Part shown: positions 1-11,685 of the stretch, piece by piece
How the letters are laid out: every line of letters begins with the position of its first letter
How positions within the stretch are numbered: position 1 is the stretch's first letter
Translations under genes and position numbers: made by a program
NCBI GenBank assembly: GCA_030390025.1
Contig: CM059432.1
Span: forward strand, 53,942,001 to 54,006,000
Direction: 5' to 3'
DNA length: 64,000 nt
From: Squalus acanthias
Lineage: Eukaryota
The notes under the pieces: generated by a model
What the model was told of the DNA's origin: nothing
Seen by the model: the letters and a program-made list of their open reading frames with translations, nothing else
Databases searched by the model: none

Positions 1-359
1 AGGCCAGCAATTTGTGCTCCAACAGGAATGCTGAGGCGCCACCCAGGGGAGTGGCAGTGGGTCAGTGGAGCAGGAACCTGCTGTCCTCTCTCAGGATGAC
101 AGCATTCCTACCCCCACTAATGCCACTCTGCATGGGAATTGGGAGATCGGGCGTCAAGTGATCGTTGCACACTCACTGACGTCATGACCTCCGTGATTGC
201 GATGTCCCCAGCGAGCGAGTTTTGTGGCAACGCTACCGGCAACACTGATATGGCGTGCGCCGCTGGAACCGCCATCAGCTGACGGTAGAGCATGGACCAC
301 CATTTTAGCTCCATCTCATGGCGCTAACGTGTGGCGCTAAACACACAAACTTTTCCCCC
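1..359. mobile_element. Right end of a Harbinger-type non-autonomous element running off the window start
   Basis: Ends in TIR-like aacttttcccc(c). Positions 78-108 (ctgctgtcctctctcaggatgacagcattcc) match the Myb-gene last exon of the Harbinger near 29798-29826. Confidence 0.55.
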
Positions 360-371
360 TTACATTCTTAC

Positions 372-464
372 TGGGTAAAGCAACAATGGGAAGTTTCCTT
401 CTGTTCACTAGGTGGAGCAAAATCATAAACATAAAGCAAATATCCTCCAATATCATCAATGCAC
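372..464 (-). CDS. Candidate internal host-gene exon (93 bp), unidentified
   Basis: Minus strand aaatgctcag|G TGC ATT GAT...ACC CA|gtaag. Length is a multiple of 3; open frame CIDDIGGYLLYVYDFAPPSEQKETSHCCFT (a second frame is also open). Lies in unique AT-rich DNA; pyrimidine tract is weak. Confidence 0.35.
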
Positions 465-1275
465 CTGAGCATTTATTTCATGTGTGAAAAATTAGATTAT
501 CTTTGACTCATCTTATGTATTTATTTATCTTTGACAATGTAAAACTACTGGAAGAATAATACTCCATGCTGTGCTCAGTGCTTTATTGTAAGGTCTAAAG
601 AGAATGTAGAACCCACAAGGTTTGAACACACATCTGAGCTAAATCTTTCCTTCTGCAATTAATGCTCTTAATTATTTATTAGGTGGGAATAATAGATTGC
701 AAGGACAGGAAAAAATAAATTGTAAGCAGCACAACGCCCAGTCATTATAACTCATCAAGCAGTTGATGAAGAATATTTACTACCATATAATTGCTTAGTT
801 TCTATTCCTAATAATACACTATTTTTTTAAAAACTGCATGTTCAACCAATACAAATGTGCCTTAGAATACATTAAATAAACAAATTCAATATCAGGAGAG
901 GGCCTTCTCTAATTTGTAGCTGAAGAAATCAGATCTATAGTTGGAGATCATACTATCCAAAATTACTTCAATCCTCAAGAATTAAATTAGAGACTGTGGT
1001 GATTATTTTAATATTTGATTAGGGAAGGGATTCCCTCATATCCTTAATGGTAAACTGATAATGTCATTGGCAACTGTATGCAAAAAGAAGGTATATTGGG
1101 AACATATTTTTTGCATGTGTTTATAAACGCTGCATCTTCAATTGATTTCAATTGTAGCTGATTAATTTTGCTGCTACATTTTAGCTGAGAACTATTACCA
1201 TGGAAATAATACAGGTATGGCCATCATTCAAAGCTCAAGAGCCAGAAGAAGAATTGTACACCAATGAAGCACCAC

Positions 1276-2030
1276 GGGGGAAAAATTTGGTTGCTTTGCG
1301 CCTCCTGTTAGCACCCTAAGAGGGGTCTAACGGGGCGCAAAGCAACTGGAGCCCGGGCGTGGCGCCGCCGACACCTCCCGCGAAATTCAGCGGGAGGTTA
1401 GCAGCGGCGGTAACCATGAGCGCCGCGCAGCGCTGTGCTGCCGGCGATGACCTCATCGCCGTGTGCAGTGCCCTGCTCGTGCCCCGGCCATGATCTTCGG
1501 TATCGCCCCCTGACTTACCGCCGGACGCTATGTCCGACGGGGTCAGGGGGGCCTACCTGCGGCCGGGGCGGCGCTAATTAAAGGCGAGGTGCCAGGTGGC
1601 CATTTTTGTTGATGGCCGCCTGCCAGCACCTGCCCCCGTTGCTGACCCCGGCCTCCTCAGCAGCACCCCCCGCGGAGTGCCGGCTGCGCTCTGTGAGCCC
1701 GGCACTCTTCTTGAGTGCCGGGCTCTTTTGCCGGCACTCTGATCCATGGTGGCCCAGCTGGGCCCCAGGTCACGCTGCGCAAAACCCCTCCCATTTAAGA
1801 AGGGGAGGAAGGCCTGCAGTACCGCTGTGCGTGGCGCTGCAGCACATAGCGCCGCGATATTCCCTTGCAGCGCCCCAAGAGGGTGGCGGGCGCTTCCAGT
1901 AGTGCCCCGCTTCCCTCTTGGGGCACTACTGATGAATTTTGGCCGCAGGGTGCTAATTTTTTCGGGGCGCTAAAAGTAGCGCCCTGGTGAAGTTAGCGCC
2001 CCAAAGGGGGCGTGACTCAATTTTTCCCCC
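1276..2030. mobile_element. Harbinger-derived MITE (755 bp)
   Basis: TIR gggggaaaaatt/aatttttccccc, 3-bp TSD CAC; both subterminal regions resemble the ends of the element at 27821-32097. Confidence 0.9.
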
Positions 2031-3337
2031 CACATGTTTTAAACACTCAACAATATTCTCAATGCAACTTAAACTAGTACAAATACACCAAACAAGAAAT
2101 TTTGAAACCTATCTCTTAAATATGACTTTAAACATATTCTCTTGTTAGGAAGCTGTAACTAACAGTAATCCAAGCAGTTTTTTCTATAATACTTTATTAT
2201 AAACAAAAGAAAATTTGAAGTCAACCAGATAATGCTGTGGACAGATGAAGCATCCTTTAAATGTATCCTGGGCAGACACTCATTCAAATCAAGTTTGTCA
2301 TTGACACAGGGCTAGCTTTTCTGCCATTGACTGAATGGTCAGGAAATCTAGCCCAATCATTGATGACATTTCCTAATTGGAGAGCAGGGTAATAATGCAA
2401 TAACAAAAGAAGTCAATGGGGATATAGCATCCTACTTTGAAATGCTAATTTAAATTATTTTTGCAAGAGAAAAGAAAACTATTTATAAAATGTTTGTACT
2501 GGTTGAACTCAAGTCTTGCCACACCTGAATTGTCTCTGAAAACTAGCACCATGACGCCACAGCTGAATACTGTGAAAGGGTACAAAGCAACAGCTTTAGT
2601 TTGTGCAACTGTATAATTAGATAGTGTGAACAGTTGAAATATACAGTATGCTAGATCAAAAGAGCTCGGAATAGTCTTTAGAATGTATGTACATTCATTA
2701 CGAAACATAAAACAGCAGTTGTTCACTTTGTTCAACATTTTCACAGAGGACATTGTTACTGAGGCAACAGGAAGTAAAGAGCCTGAACATAGTGAGCATG
2801 AAGATGTAAGAGTAGATCCAGTACAAGACCAGGAATAGATAAATGATGTTGCCAATCTCAAATCATTCTCGGTTATGCCTTCGATGACTCATGAGCTGCA
2901 TTTTTGAGGAAAGAAGTAAGAGCTTCCAAAGATTCTATCTGTAGTATGTAGAAAATACAAAATTTTGAAATAATGCTGAAGAAAATGGATACTAATAATG
3001 AGGAAATGGAAGTAACAGATGAGTTTCTATGCCTCAAAAGTCATGTGCCCAGTTAAGGAAGCTTAAGGAAAAGGTGATGAAATGCAATGCTTCAGCTGGA
3101 ATGCTTTTGATATACTGTGGAAATCATCCTGAAGGGGAAGAGATGATCATGAAATGTTAAATGTACACTGTTAGAAATCAGTCAATACTTTTGTGCTGAG
3201 AGCTGAACAAAGGAAAAAGCACTAAAGCAGAGATCAGATGCTTTGGCGATGTGCTGGGTAAGGAGAATGTTAGTTAAGAGCTGGGTGGGAAAAGTGAGCA
3301 ACTGAAGTGATGAGAAGAAATGGCCTGTAGACAGTAA

Positions 3338-4377
3338 GGGCTGGATTTTCAATGACCCGTGGAGTCGGGTTTGGAGGCGTGTGGGGGGTTAAAATAGCGA
3401 AAAGTGGCGGGCAGACCTGATCCCGACTCCATTCCGCCTCCACACAATTTTGACAAAATCGGTCGCGGTGTTCCCGACTCCGTCCCACCTCCAAGAGGCG
3501 GGAGAGGCCATTAAAGCCCTTAACAAGCCCTAAATTGGCTCTGTAATACCATTTTGAAATGTTTTAGCTAGTTTAACCCTTTTCCGACGTGAAGCACACC
3601 TGATGTGAAACACGCCAGTGAAACCTGGCGGGAGCACAAGTGGATAGCTGACTATCAGCTGCAGGTCCACTATTACAACGGAGATGTGATGAAGGTAATA
3701 GTAGTATTAGGTCTGAAAGTCGCCTCTGATGCTGCTGCATTGAATGTCTTCTGAGACTGCCTGGCCTTGCTGTGAGAGGACCTGGATGCAAAAAAAATTC
3801 TCTCTCTCTCTCTGATGCTGCTCATTTTGCATCCAGGTCCTCTCACAGCAAAGGCCAGGCCCTTAGTGTTAGGGGGGGATTAAATATGTGGGGTTATGGG
3901 GATAGGATAGGATATGTTAGGGGGAATTAATTACGTGGGGTTACGGGGGTAGGGTGGGATATGTGTACTGTGGGGATTAAAGCAGGGACAGGGTACTGGA
4001 CTTGGATGATCAGCCATGATCGTATTGAATGGTGGAGCAGGCTCGACGGGCCGAATGGCCTACTCCTGCTCCTAGATTCTATGTTTCTATGTTTCTATGT
4101 TTCTATGTTTCTATGTTTCTATGTTTCTATGTTTCTATGTTTCTATGTCTCTGAGACCAGGCAGTCTCTGACCTGCAATGCAGCAGCAATGATGACATCA
4201 TCAGAGGCGACTTTCAGACTGAAACCACTAATTGGTTCATGGGTTCCCACATGCTGGAACTCAATTGCCCAATTAGGTGAAAATTGCATCAATCTCCCAC
4301 ATCCAATTCCAGTCGGGTGGATAACACGAAATGCGGATGACACAACCCCAACCCGCCCCAGTATCAAAATCCTGCCC
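3338..4377. mobile_element. Harbinger-type MITE with an internal retroelement-tail insertion
   Basis: Imperfect TIR gggctggatttt/aaaatcctgccc, TSD TAA on both sides. Confidence 0.8.
3985..4148 (+). mobile_element. CR1 LINE 3' tail ending in (ATGTTTCT)8.5
   Basis: gatcagccatgatc...ggcctactcctgctcct is shared with the CR1 3' UTRs near 37380 and 50186; octamer repeat at 4081-4148. Confidence 0.85.
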
Positions 4378-6384
4378 TAACAGGGTGTTTGCTTTATGGG
4401 GTTTCTCAGAGTGAAAAAGCTGAGAATTATGGAAAGAGCTGAGGTGGCTTATTTTGGGCATGGAGTTAAATGTTCAAAAAATAGCAAGATAACAGATCTG
4501 TGATACAATAACAGAATATTCTTTCTGAATTTAATGTCTGGAGAGCATAGCCTGCATTATATGACTGCAAGGTGGCAAGCTGACTCCATGCTAGTCCACC
4601 ACAGCCTTGGGTCCTAACTTAGGACTGTTTCATATTGCCTCCTTAATGTTCTCAGAAAAATCAGCCTTGATCCCTTTGTCCTCATTAGCTCTCACTCCAT
4701 CTCCAATCTTTGTTTCCTCTCCAAGGTTGTTGACTGTGTTTATCATCTCACAGAGCCATGACCATTTGTTTTCCTGTAGGATGCCCTCAGTAAGAACCTG
4801 CACCACTAAGGGCACATCTTGGGTGCTTACCTTGTGCAGGATACCAAAGTGCCCACTCTAGTTACTTAAAAATAAAATCTAAATCCTCCTTTTTGGGTTC
4901 CAGGCCATGGCCCAAACCTAGGTGGACTCCACTACACATCTTTCTTCTCAGAGTACTTGTGATCTGTCAGCTTCTGAAAGGCCAGGGAAACAGAAATGCT
5001 GATGTTCAGAGTTCCTGCCCATTAGCCCCACTTTCTTGTGTATTGATGGCCTTGTTAGGTAGGTGGAGGCTCTACACCTTGCAAGGCCATCAGGAATGCT
5101 GGGGCAATGCCAGTACCTGCCAGAAGTATGTCAGAAGATTAGAGTATTTTGAGCTGGCAAAGTTGTAGATATACAGGCTGAATATCATGCTGAATATCAA
5201 TGTTCTCCATGTCCTGGCTCTGACATCAGATGAGAGGACAAACATTGTAATGCTATTATTGTAGTTTTTTTCAAGAAATAACTGCAGTTAGTTATGGAGA
5301 AAGTCATTATATTTTGAAGAATAGACTTACTGAATCAGCTCAGAGGTTGTTTTCAGTCACTTTTATAAATCAACAGAAGTATTATCATCTATTTAAGTGA
5401 AATCTCCTCAAGGCAAGCTATAATCATAATCTTGAACGTGTGCGAGTTAGAGATGCTTCTATGTAGCTTAGTTATGATGTTCAATAAATATATAGACATA
5501 TTCTGATTTACAAATTGATTTTGAAGGCAAACAATTTAATGTGCTCAATTTGTAAAATGAAACAAATAACAACGATGGGAGTGGGTGGGAAGCACAGTAG
5601 TTACAAGCTTTACGCTGAAAGCAAATTTTAAAACAAATATTAGATTATAGGGAAATGGCATACTGCACCCTCTTTTGTTGAAACCAATAATACGAACCTG
5701 GTGCCCACCCAGTATTTACAGGTGATTTTAATTGGAAGCTGATTCACGCTGCATTTCTGTCAACATTAACCTGTGGCTTATTTCAATTTGAACTCTTATT
5801 TGAATTAGTCACTGTACCATGAGCAAACAATATGTGAACATCAGGTGACTTTGGGCATTTTCAAAGGCGATTCAAATTTATTGAACAATTTGATTTCTCC
5901 ATGATAAAATGCAAAATGAACTTAAATTATATCAGGGATTTTACCACATCAACACGTGGACTGACACTCGCCTTTAGTGCAAAAAAAATGACTGTTCCAT
6001 CGATATATGCCTACCTTTCCGTTCGTTATTGCACGCGTTGCTTGTGTTCATCATTCTAGAAAAATCTAAGAATATAGAAAATCTGTTTCTTGCTTAGAAA
6101 CTATGGGGATTATTTTGGGGTAAGGGTGAAAGCAGGCTCGAAGTGGGATCTGTGCTAATAAGACACGCCTGTTTAAAAGTCTGGTTTAAGTCCGCAATTT
6201 TGGAGTTAATTGCTGATTACCTTGATTTAAACATGTCTCGAGGTGCTAAACTGGAGACCTGCACATTTAGCACTCAAGCGCTGATTAGGAGCAATTTTCC
6301 TGGAGCGGTATATGTAGCCTCCATGCACGCACTTCCACTGAAGGTGTGCAGTGCGCTGGCTGACAGACAATGGCCCCTATCAGG

Positions 6385-7950
6385 ATGGCTCAAGGACTGA
6401 GGGAGAGAGCTCACAGGTTCTCAGAGGCGGCACTGGAGGTCCTGGTGGAGGAGGTACAGCGGAGGAGGGATGTCCTGTACCCACGGGGGGGAAGGAGGCC
6501 ACAGAGCCAACTAATACAGCGGATGTAAGAGGAGATCGTCAAGGAGATCACAGCCAGGAGCACTGTCCCCACGACATGGCTCCAGTGCCACAACATTTTT
6601 TATGATTTGACACGAGTGGTCAAGGTAAGATCCCATCTCACAAACATACTTCTCAATAACCGCACCACCACCAGCATCACAACCTCAACACACTGCATCC
6701 ACCATCTAACTGTGCAGTGACATTCACACAACCCACACTATTGCATCTTTCACAGGCAATACTCACACCTCAGACACATCTCATAGCTCTTCACCATGTG
6801 AGGCATCACACACACACAAAAACACTCATTCACAATCACCATCTTTCTCTTCCAGGACAAGATAGCACATAACAGGCACCAGCAGGACCGTACCGGGAGG
6901 GGGAAGCACGACTCCATGAGATCACTCCCCTTGAGGAGGTAGTGCTGGCAGTGATCGGGAGGGGAGCGGCAGACGCCGTGGTCTCGGGCAGAGCAGGGGA
7001 CACCACCTAGAGGTATGTGGTCACTCCAGCTTCCTTACATATCCACAATTATTCCTGCTTCCTAATCCCCCAAACCTGTCCTCACTCACAAGCTCAATAT
7101 GGTCTCATCACACACATCCTCCTATAGTAGCCACACAAGCTGCACCCTAACCCTTCTAGCTTTATCATTGCAGGCTCCCAGGAGCAAGATCCACCTCGCC
7201 TCCCGGAGGAACTGGAAGAGGAGGAAGAGCCGCCTCACCCTCCCCAGTGGAAGAGGTGGAGGAGGAGGAGGAGAGTGAGGAAGAAGGCACTGCGTCAATC
7301 ACTACCACTTTCGCAGGCACCAGCTCAGAGACTGGCACCATGCGTGGAGAGGCTGGCCAAATCCATCCAGCGACCTGTGGAGCCCAACATCATGCAGCAA
7401 CTGATGACTCAGGTCGCAGCTTCCACTGCAGTCACAGCAGCTTCCATGGAACATGAGAGTGCTGCAATGGATGCCCAAACAGCTTCCATTGCACTTCTAG
7501 CATCTTCCCTGGAACGAAAAAAGGCAGCTGCCATGGTGGCTCTGGACTCCTCGGTTGAAAGAGGCTTGCAGAGTGTCTCAGCTGCCCAGAGATCTGTCCT
7601 CCAGCAGATCACTGGGCTGGCTGAACAGACACCCCAAGGTAGTAGCGTGGGAATTATGGAGCAGGAACCTACTGGCCTCTCTCCGGATGGCAGCATTCCA
7701 TCCCCCGCCACTCCACCATTGTCCTTTCAGTTGCCTGTCGGCCAGGCGGCCCAGACTGCTCAAGCCTATGCTGCGATGGTGCAGTCTGAGGTGGGGCAAT
7801 CATGGCCCACAGCCTCTCGAAGGCATTACAGGAGGACATCTGACTGCCTTCTTCAGATTCTCAGCAGCCATCCACCACGCGTGCTACTGCCACTCGGGTT
7901 GCACTTCGTAGAAGCTCCAGAGTAGGCAAGAGCACTTATAGATAGCCACT
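6385..7950 (+). pseudogene. Harbinger Myb/SANT-like DNA-binding protein gene, 3 exons, disrupted
   Basis: Exon 1 MAQGLRERAHRFSEAALEVLVEEVQRRRDVLYP...QCHNIFYDLTRVVK|gtaag (~6624) with an internal stop; exon 2 from ~6856 (DKIAHNRHQQDRTG); exon 3 from ~7173. Homologous to 28182-30103. Confidence 0.8.
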
Positions 7951-8129
7951 AAGGGTAAGCACCAGGGTGAATATTTGTAAGCGCTGTTGGTTGTTGTTAT
8001 GTTTTCATTGTTTTTGCTGTAGATAAAGAGTGATTATGGTAAGTTGGTAGAATTGGTGGTCTTTTTTATTGTGATCTTCATGGGGACGGGGTTGAAAGGA
8101 TTGAGTGCAGATGGTGGACTTCTTGTTTG

Positions 8130-8520
8130 AACCTCAGTCGTGGAAGGCATGTGACAACAGTGCTCCGAAGTCTAATGGTGGAGGACGTCTCTCAAAATCA
8201 ATTAGATGGCGACGAGCATTCCTCCCAGGTGCAGGCCGTCTACCTGGAATAATAATAATCATCATCCTCCTTCCTCTTCCTCTTCCTCTTCCTCCCTCCC
8301 TCCTCCTCCCTCTGGTACAATTGGCAGATTGTGGAGCATGCAGCAAATCAGCACAAATCTGGAGCCCTCTCTCCCTCGTTCCTCCAGCAGCTGGTGCTGC
8401 TCTGCCTGGCCTCATTTACTCCTTCCATTCCTCCTCCAGACCAAGGGGGACCGAGCAAGATACTCTTGACCAACCACTCCCTTTCTCCTGGTGACTCCTA
8501 TAAGGTAAAGTAGCACAGCA
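8130..8520 (-). pseudogene. Harbinger transposase remnant, N- and C-termini joined and DDE core deleted
   Basis: Minus strand retains ICCMLHNL followed by an acidic run (compare VCCMLHNL...EEEEE at 30413-30790); no core motifs are visible. Confidence 0.6.
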
Positions 8521-9354
8521 TTCACTCTCTTTAGGTCCTCAGAGAATTACCGGAAAAATTGTTGATAAGAGTGTTAATGAAGTATTGACAAAGTGTCCCA
8601 GAAAGTCTCCCGAAGTCTCCCATCAAAAGTCCTCTTCAAACGTAGTGTAGCCAGTCGATCTCAATCAGCAAGTGAACAGGGAAAGTTGAGCATGGTTTTA
8701 AGTAATGGTTACAATTCTCACCAGCGACTTCTTTATTCCTGTTCAGCTGGTCGTTGTTAGGAGAGGTCAGTAATTGCAGTGCTAGCCAGCAAAATGGCAT
8801 GCAGCCTCTTTAATGAGCATTAGGAGCCAATTTAATTGGTGATCAGAGGCTTAATCATACTCGGGACGGGTGTTCCTAGCGTGCGCTTCAACTCCTTTAC
8901 CAAGATGGCGTCTTGCACTAAAGGCAGGCTAACCAGGCGTTGTAGCTCAAGACCCCATCTTGGCCACCTCAGAGTGTCTAAACAATTGGCACTACAGCGG
9001 AGAGAATAGCCTCCTCTGAGCTTTCAAACAATCCCCATATTTTTCAAGCCTACATTTCCATCAAATATCAGACATATGTGTGCCATCACTGTCTAAATGA
9101 AATCATCAATAACATTTTTTATTGCCAAGAAAATCTATATAGAAGCACATACAGTCTCCACATCAGTCAAAAAGACTAAAAATGATAGATGTACAGAAAG
9201 AAGACAAACAAAGTGTGAGTAGTTATCCAGCAGTGGGAGCAAACAAAGCAAATGTCAGCTGTCTTCATTTTGTAATAACTTCATTTCTGCAAGTAGTTGT
9301 GAATGCTCAGCACTACAACTGTAATGTAACACCTCAAACAGAAGGTGCTCCCTA

Positions 9355-9685
9355 TCGCTGTAACTTCCTCCAGCCCTACAACCCTCCGAGAATTCGGCAT
9401 TCCTCCAATTCTGGCCTCTTGTGCATCCCCGATTTCCTCCACTCACCATTGGTGGCCCTGCCTTCAGGCCCTACACTATGGAATTCCCTCTCTAAAACTC
9501 TCCGCCTCTCTCTCTTCCTTTATGACGCTCCTTAAAACCTACCTCTTTGACCAAGCTTTTGGCCACCTGTCCTAATATCTCCTTATATGGCTCGGTGTCA
9601 AATTCAGTCTGATAATGCTCCTGGGAAGCACCTCAGGGTGTTTTACTGTGTTAAAGGTGCTATATAAATGCAAGTTGTTGTTGCT
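9355..9685 (+). mobile_element. L2-type LINE 3' end
   Basis: Resembles the end of the L2 ORF near 61495-61615 and terminates in gctatataaatgcaagttgttgttg. Confidence 0.7.
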
Positions 9686-10474
9686 GAGCATAAGAGTAGG
9701 ACTGATCGAAAAAACAGGAGCTCAGCAAGCATGCAATGATCCTGTCATTCTTGTGACCAATTTTTTTCCGATTATTCTTGGTGGTGGCCCAGACCAAATT
9801 TCTAAATTTAAAATGGATCCCCCATCTTACCTTGGTGCTTTTTTGCAGTTGTGCTGCATCACTGCTATAATCCTTATATTAACTGATTCCAAGTTGGGTT
9901 AAGCACAGTGTGATTTACACCAAGGCTCCAGACTCTTAGGGCTCCAATCGCTAAACTCAATTCTATTTTTATTTCTGAGAAAATATTGTTATTCCCAGAA
10001 GGTTCGCCTGGAGTTTTACTTTCACATAGATCTTCTACAAGTCAGATCCATACCTCCTAAATCTCCCTAGTAATCAGCTGTCAGTACACGCACTGTTCCA
10101 GAAGCAAAGCCATCGATAAAGGAATTGTTGCACTGATATGTAAATTAATTTAAAAAGTACATAGATTGAAACGATTACACATATTTAAAACAGGGTCAAT
10201 GCCCTTTCATGTTTGGACAAAAGTTGCAGGTTTTTTAGAAGCTTAAGGAAAAAGAGTAATACAATATCAAGTAAACTGAGACACCAATGATATCACTCCA
10301 GGGTGCTGCATGTTGACCTGTTAGCCTAATAATGATCGGTGCACTACTCTTGTCATTTTTCAAACAAAATTGTCTCATCCATTTCTTTTGACAGAAAAGC
10401 TACTGCACAATCTTTGAGGCAGTGTTACCTGTTGCAACAGCTAGTGCCAGATAAAGCAAATGTTCCTCAAAGGT

Positions 10475-10903
10475 TGAAGCCTGCAGAAAGAAGCAAAGGT
10501 AAGGAATCTTTTCCCAACACTTTACACTCACCTCCCATACTTACCTGTCCACACTTGCACCCATCACTCACCTCTACAGCTGACATTTCGACCCCTCTCA
10601 CCCCCACAGACCCACTGCTCGCCTCGCTGACCCTGGCGAGGTTCGCAGCCATCGGGAAGCCCGCACTTGCAGGCGTAAAATAGGGAAAAGCATCAAAAAC
10701 TGCCTGTTAACAGGCAGTTAATTGGCTCTAATCCCCTTCTTGCCTCGAGGAGACGGGTCCCTGCGCGACTCGGCGACCCGCCTCCCGGGAAGATGGCATG
10801 GAGACGGGTTGGGAGCGGGGTCAGTTCCCGCTCCCAGTTTCTGCCATTTTCCCGGCAGTCCCGCCTCCATACCCGCCTCCCCAGGGTTGGGAAAATTCCC
10901 CCC
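10475..10903. mobile_element. Partial copy of the MITE family of 44666-45498 (reverse orientation, hairpin core absent)
   Basis: Alignable with 20960-21387; ends gaaaattcccccc. Confidence 0.75.
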
Positions 10904-11404
10904 GATCTTTCATTTCTCTTCTAATTACAGGTGTACAACAGTTACAACATTCTCCCCCATGTTATTATTCATAAATTCAGGTATTGGACCCAATGTCATG
11001 ATTACTTGTACTTTTGCTGCTTTGTTGATATTTACCAGATGTTTTCACACCTGTTGTTGGAGCCTTTCTTAGAGCACAGGAAAAGAAGATGTTAGCACAA
11101 GGCAATGCCAGGTGTGTGGCTGACTCATGACTAAATGGTCCACACATCGTGGGTGAATTTCCATGGATGTTCTCCAGTTTGTCCACCGTAACTTCAACGG
11201 AAGAGCTGCAGAAACTGGAAAGATGGCATCAACATCGTTGACGCCATCTTTCCGGGGTCCCCGCTGCTCTTCCACTGAGGTCTGCAAAAATTCATCCCCA
11301 TAGTTTTTGACCAATGTTGATAGCCCATCATTCAGACAGAGAATTATGAATGGTGTATGGTAGGTATGGGGAGGGAATCTGCAGGAGATAGACTAATAAA
11401 GGGG

Positions 11405-11645
11405 TGTGGCGGATCGCCACCTAAACGGGCATTATCCACTTTTCTGTCCGTGGACAAACATCGAGCACCTTCCCTTTAAGGCACCTTACCTTTAAGGCAG
11501 GAGTGGGCGGGGCCTCAGGATTTTTCCAGAGAATTCTGGGAGCAGTCTGTTCAGCCATTTTTGTACCATGCAGTTGTATTAAAAAAGTCTCTTGTTTTCC
11601 ACACATGGATTCAGCCTTAATTCGTGTTTCGCGGCAGCCTCAACA
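11405..11645 (+). repeat. 5' LTR
   Basis: tgtggcgg...cctcaaca; direct repeat of 15509-15749 with 5 substitutions counted by eye. Confidence 0.95.
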
Positions 11646-11646
11646 T

Positions 11647-11660
11647 TGGTGACCCCGACG
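11647..11660 (+). promoter_or_regulatory. Primer-binding site (tRNA-Trp)
   Basis: TGGTGACCCCGACG one base after the LTR; identical to the start of the tRNA-Trp PBS of avian sarcoma-leukosis viruses. Confidence 0.85.
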
Positions 11661-11685
11661 CTCAGAACGTATTCCGAGCACTGCA

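Larger units (their letters stand above)
6105..9036. mobile_element. Internally deleted PIF/Harbinger transposon
   Basis: Ends ggggattattttg / caaacaatcccc; contains a Myb/SANT gene (+) convergent on a transposase remnant (-), the same layout as 27821-32097. Confidence 0.75.

Noticed and set aside
2445..2861. 138-aa minus-strand ORF
   Set aside because: Non-ATG start, no recognisable domain, no convincing splice borders.
9831..9950. Possible 120-bp minus-strand exon with a strong AAG|gtaag donor
   Set aside because: All three frames contain a stop between the candidate acceptor and donor.
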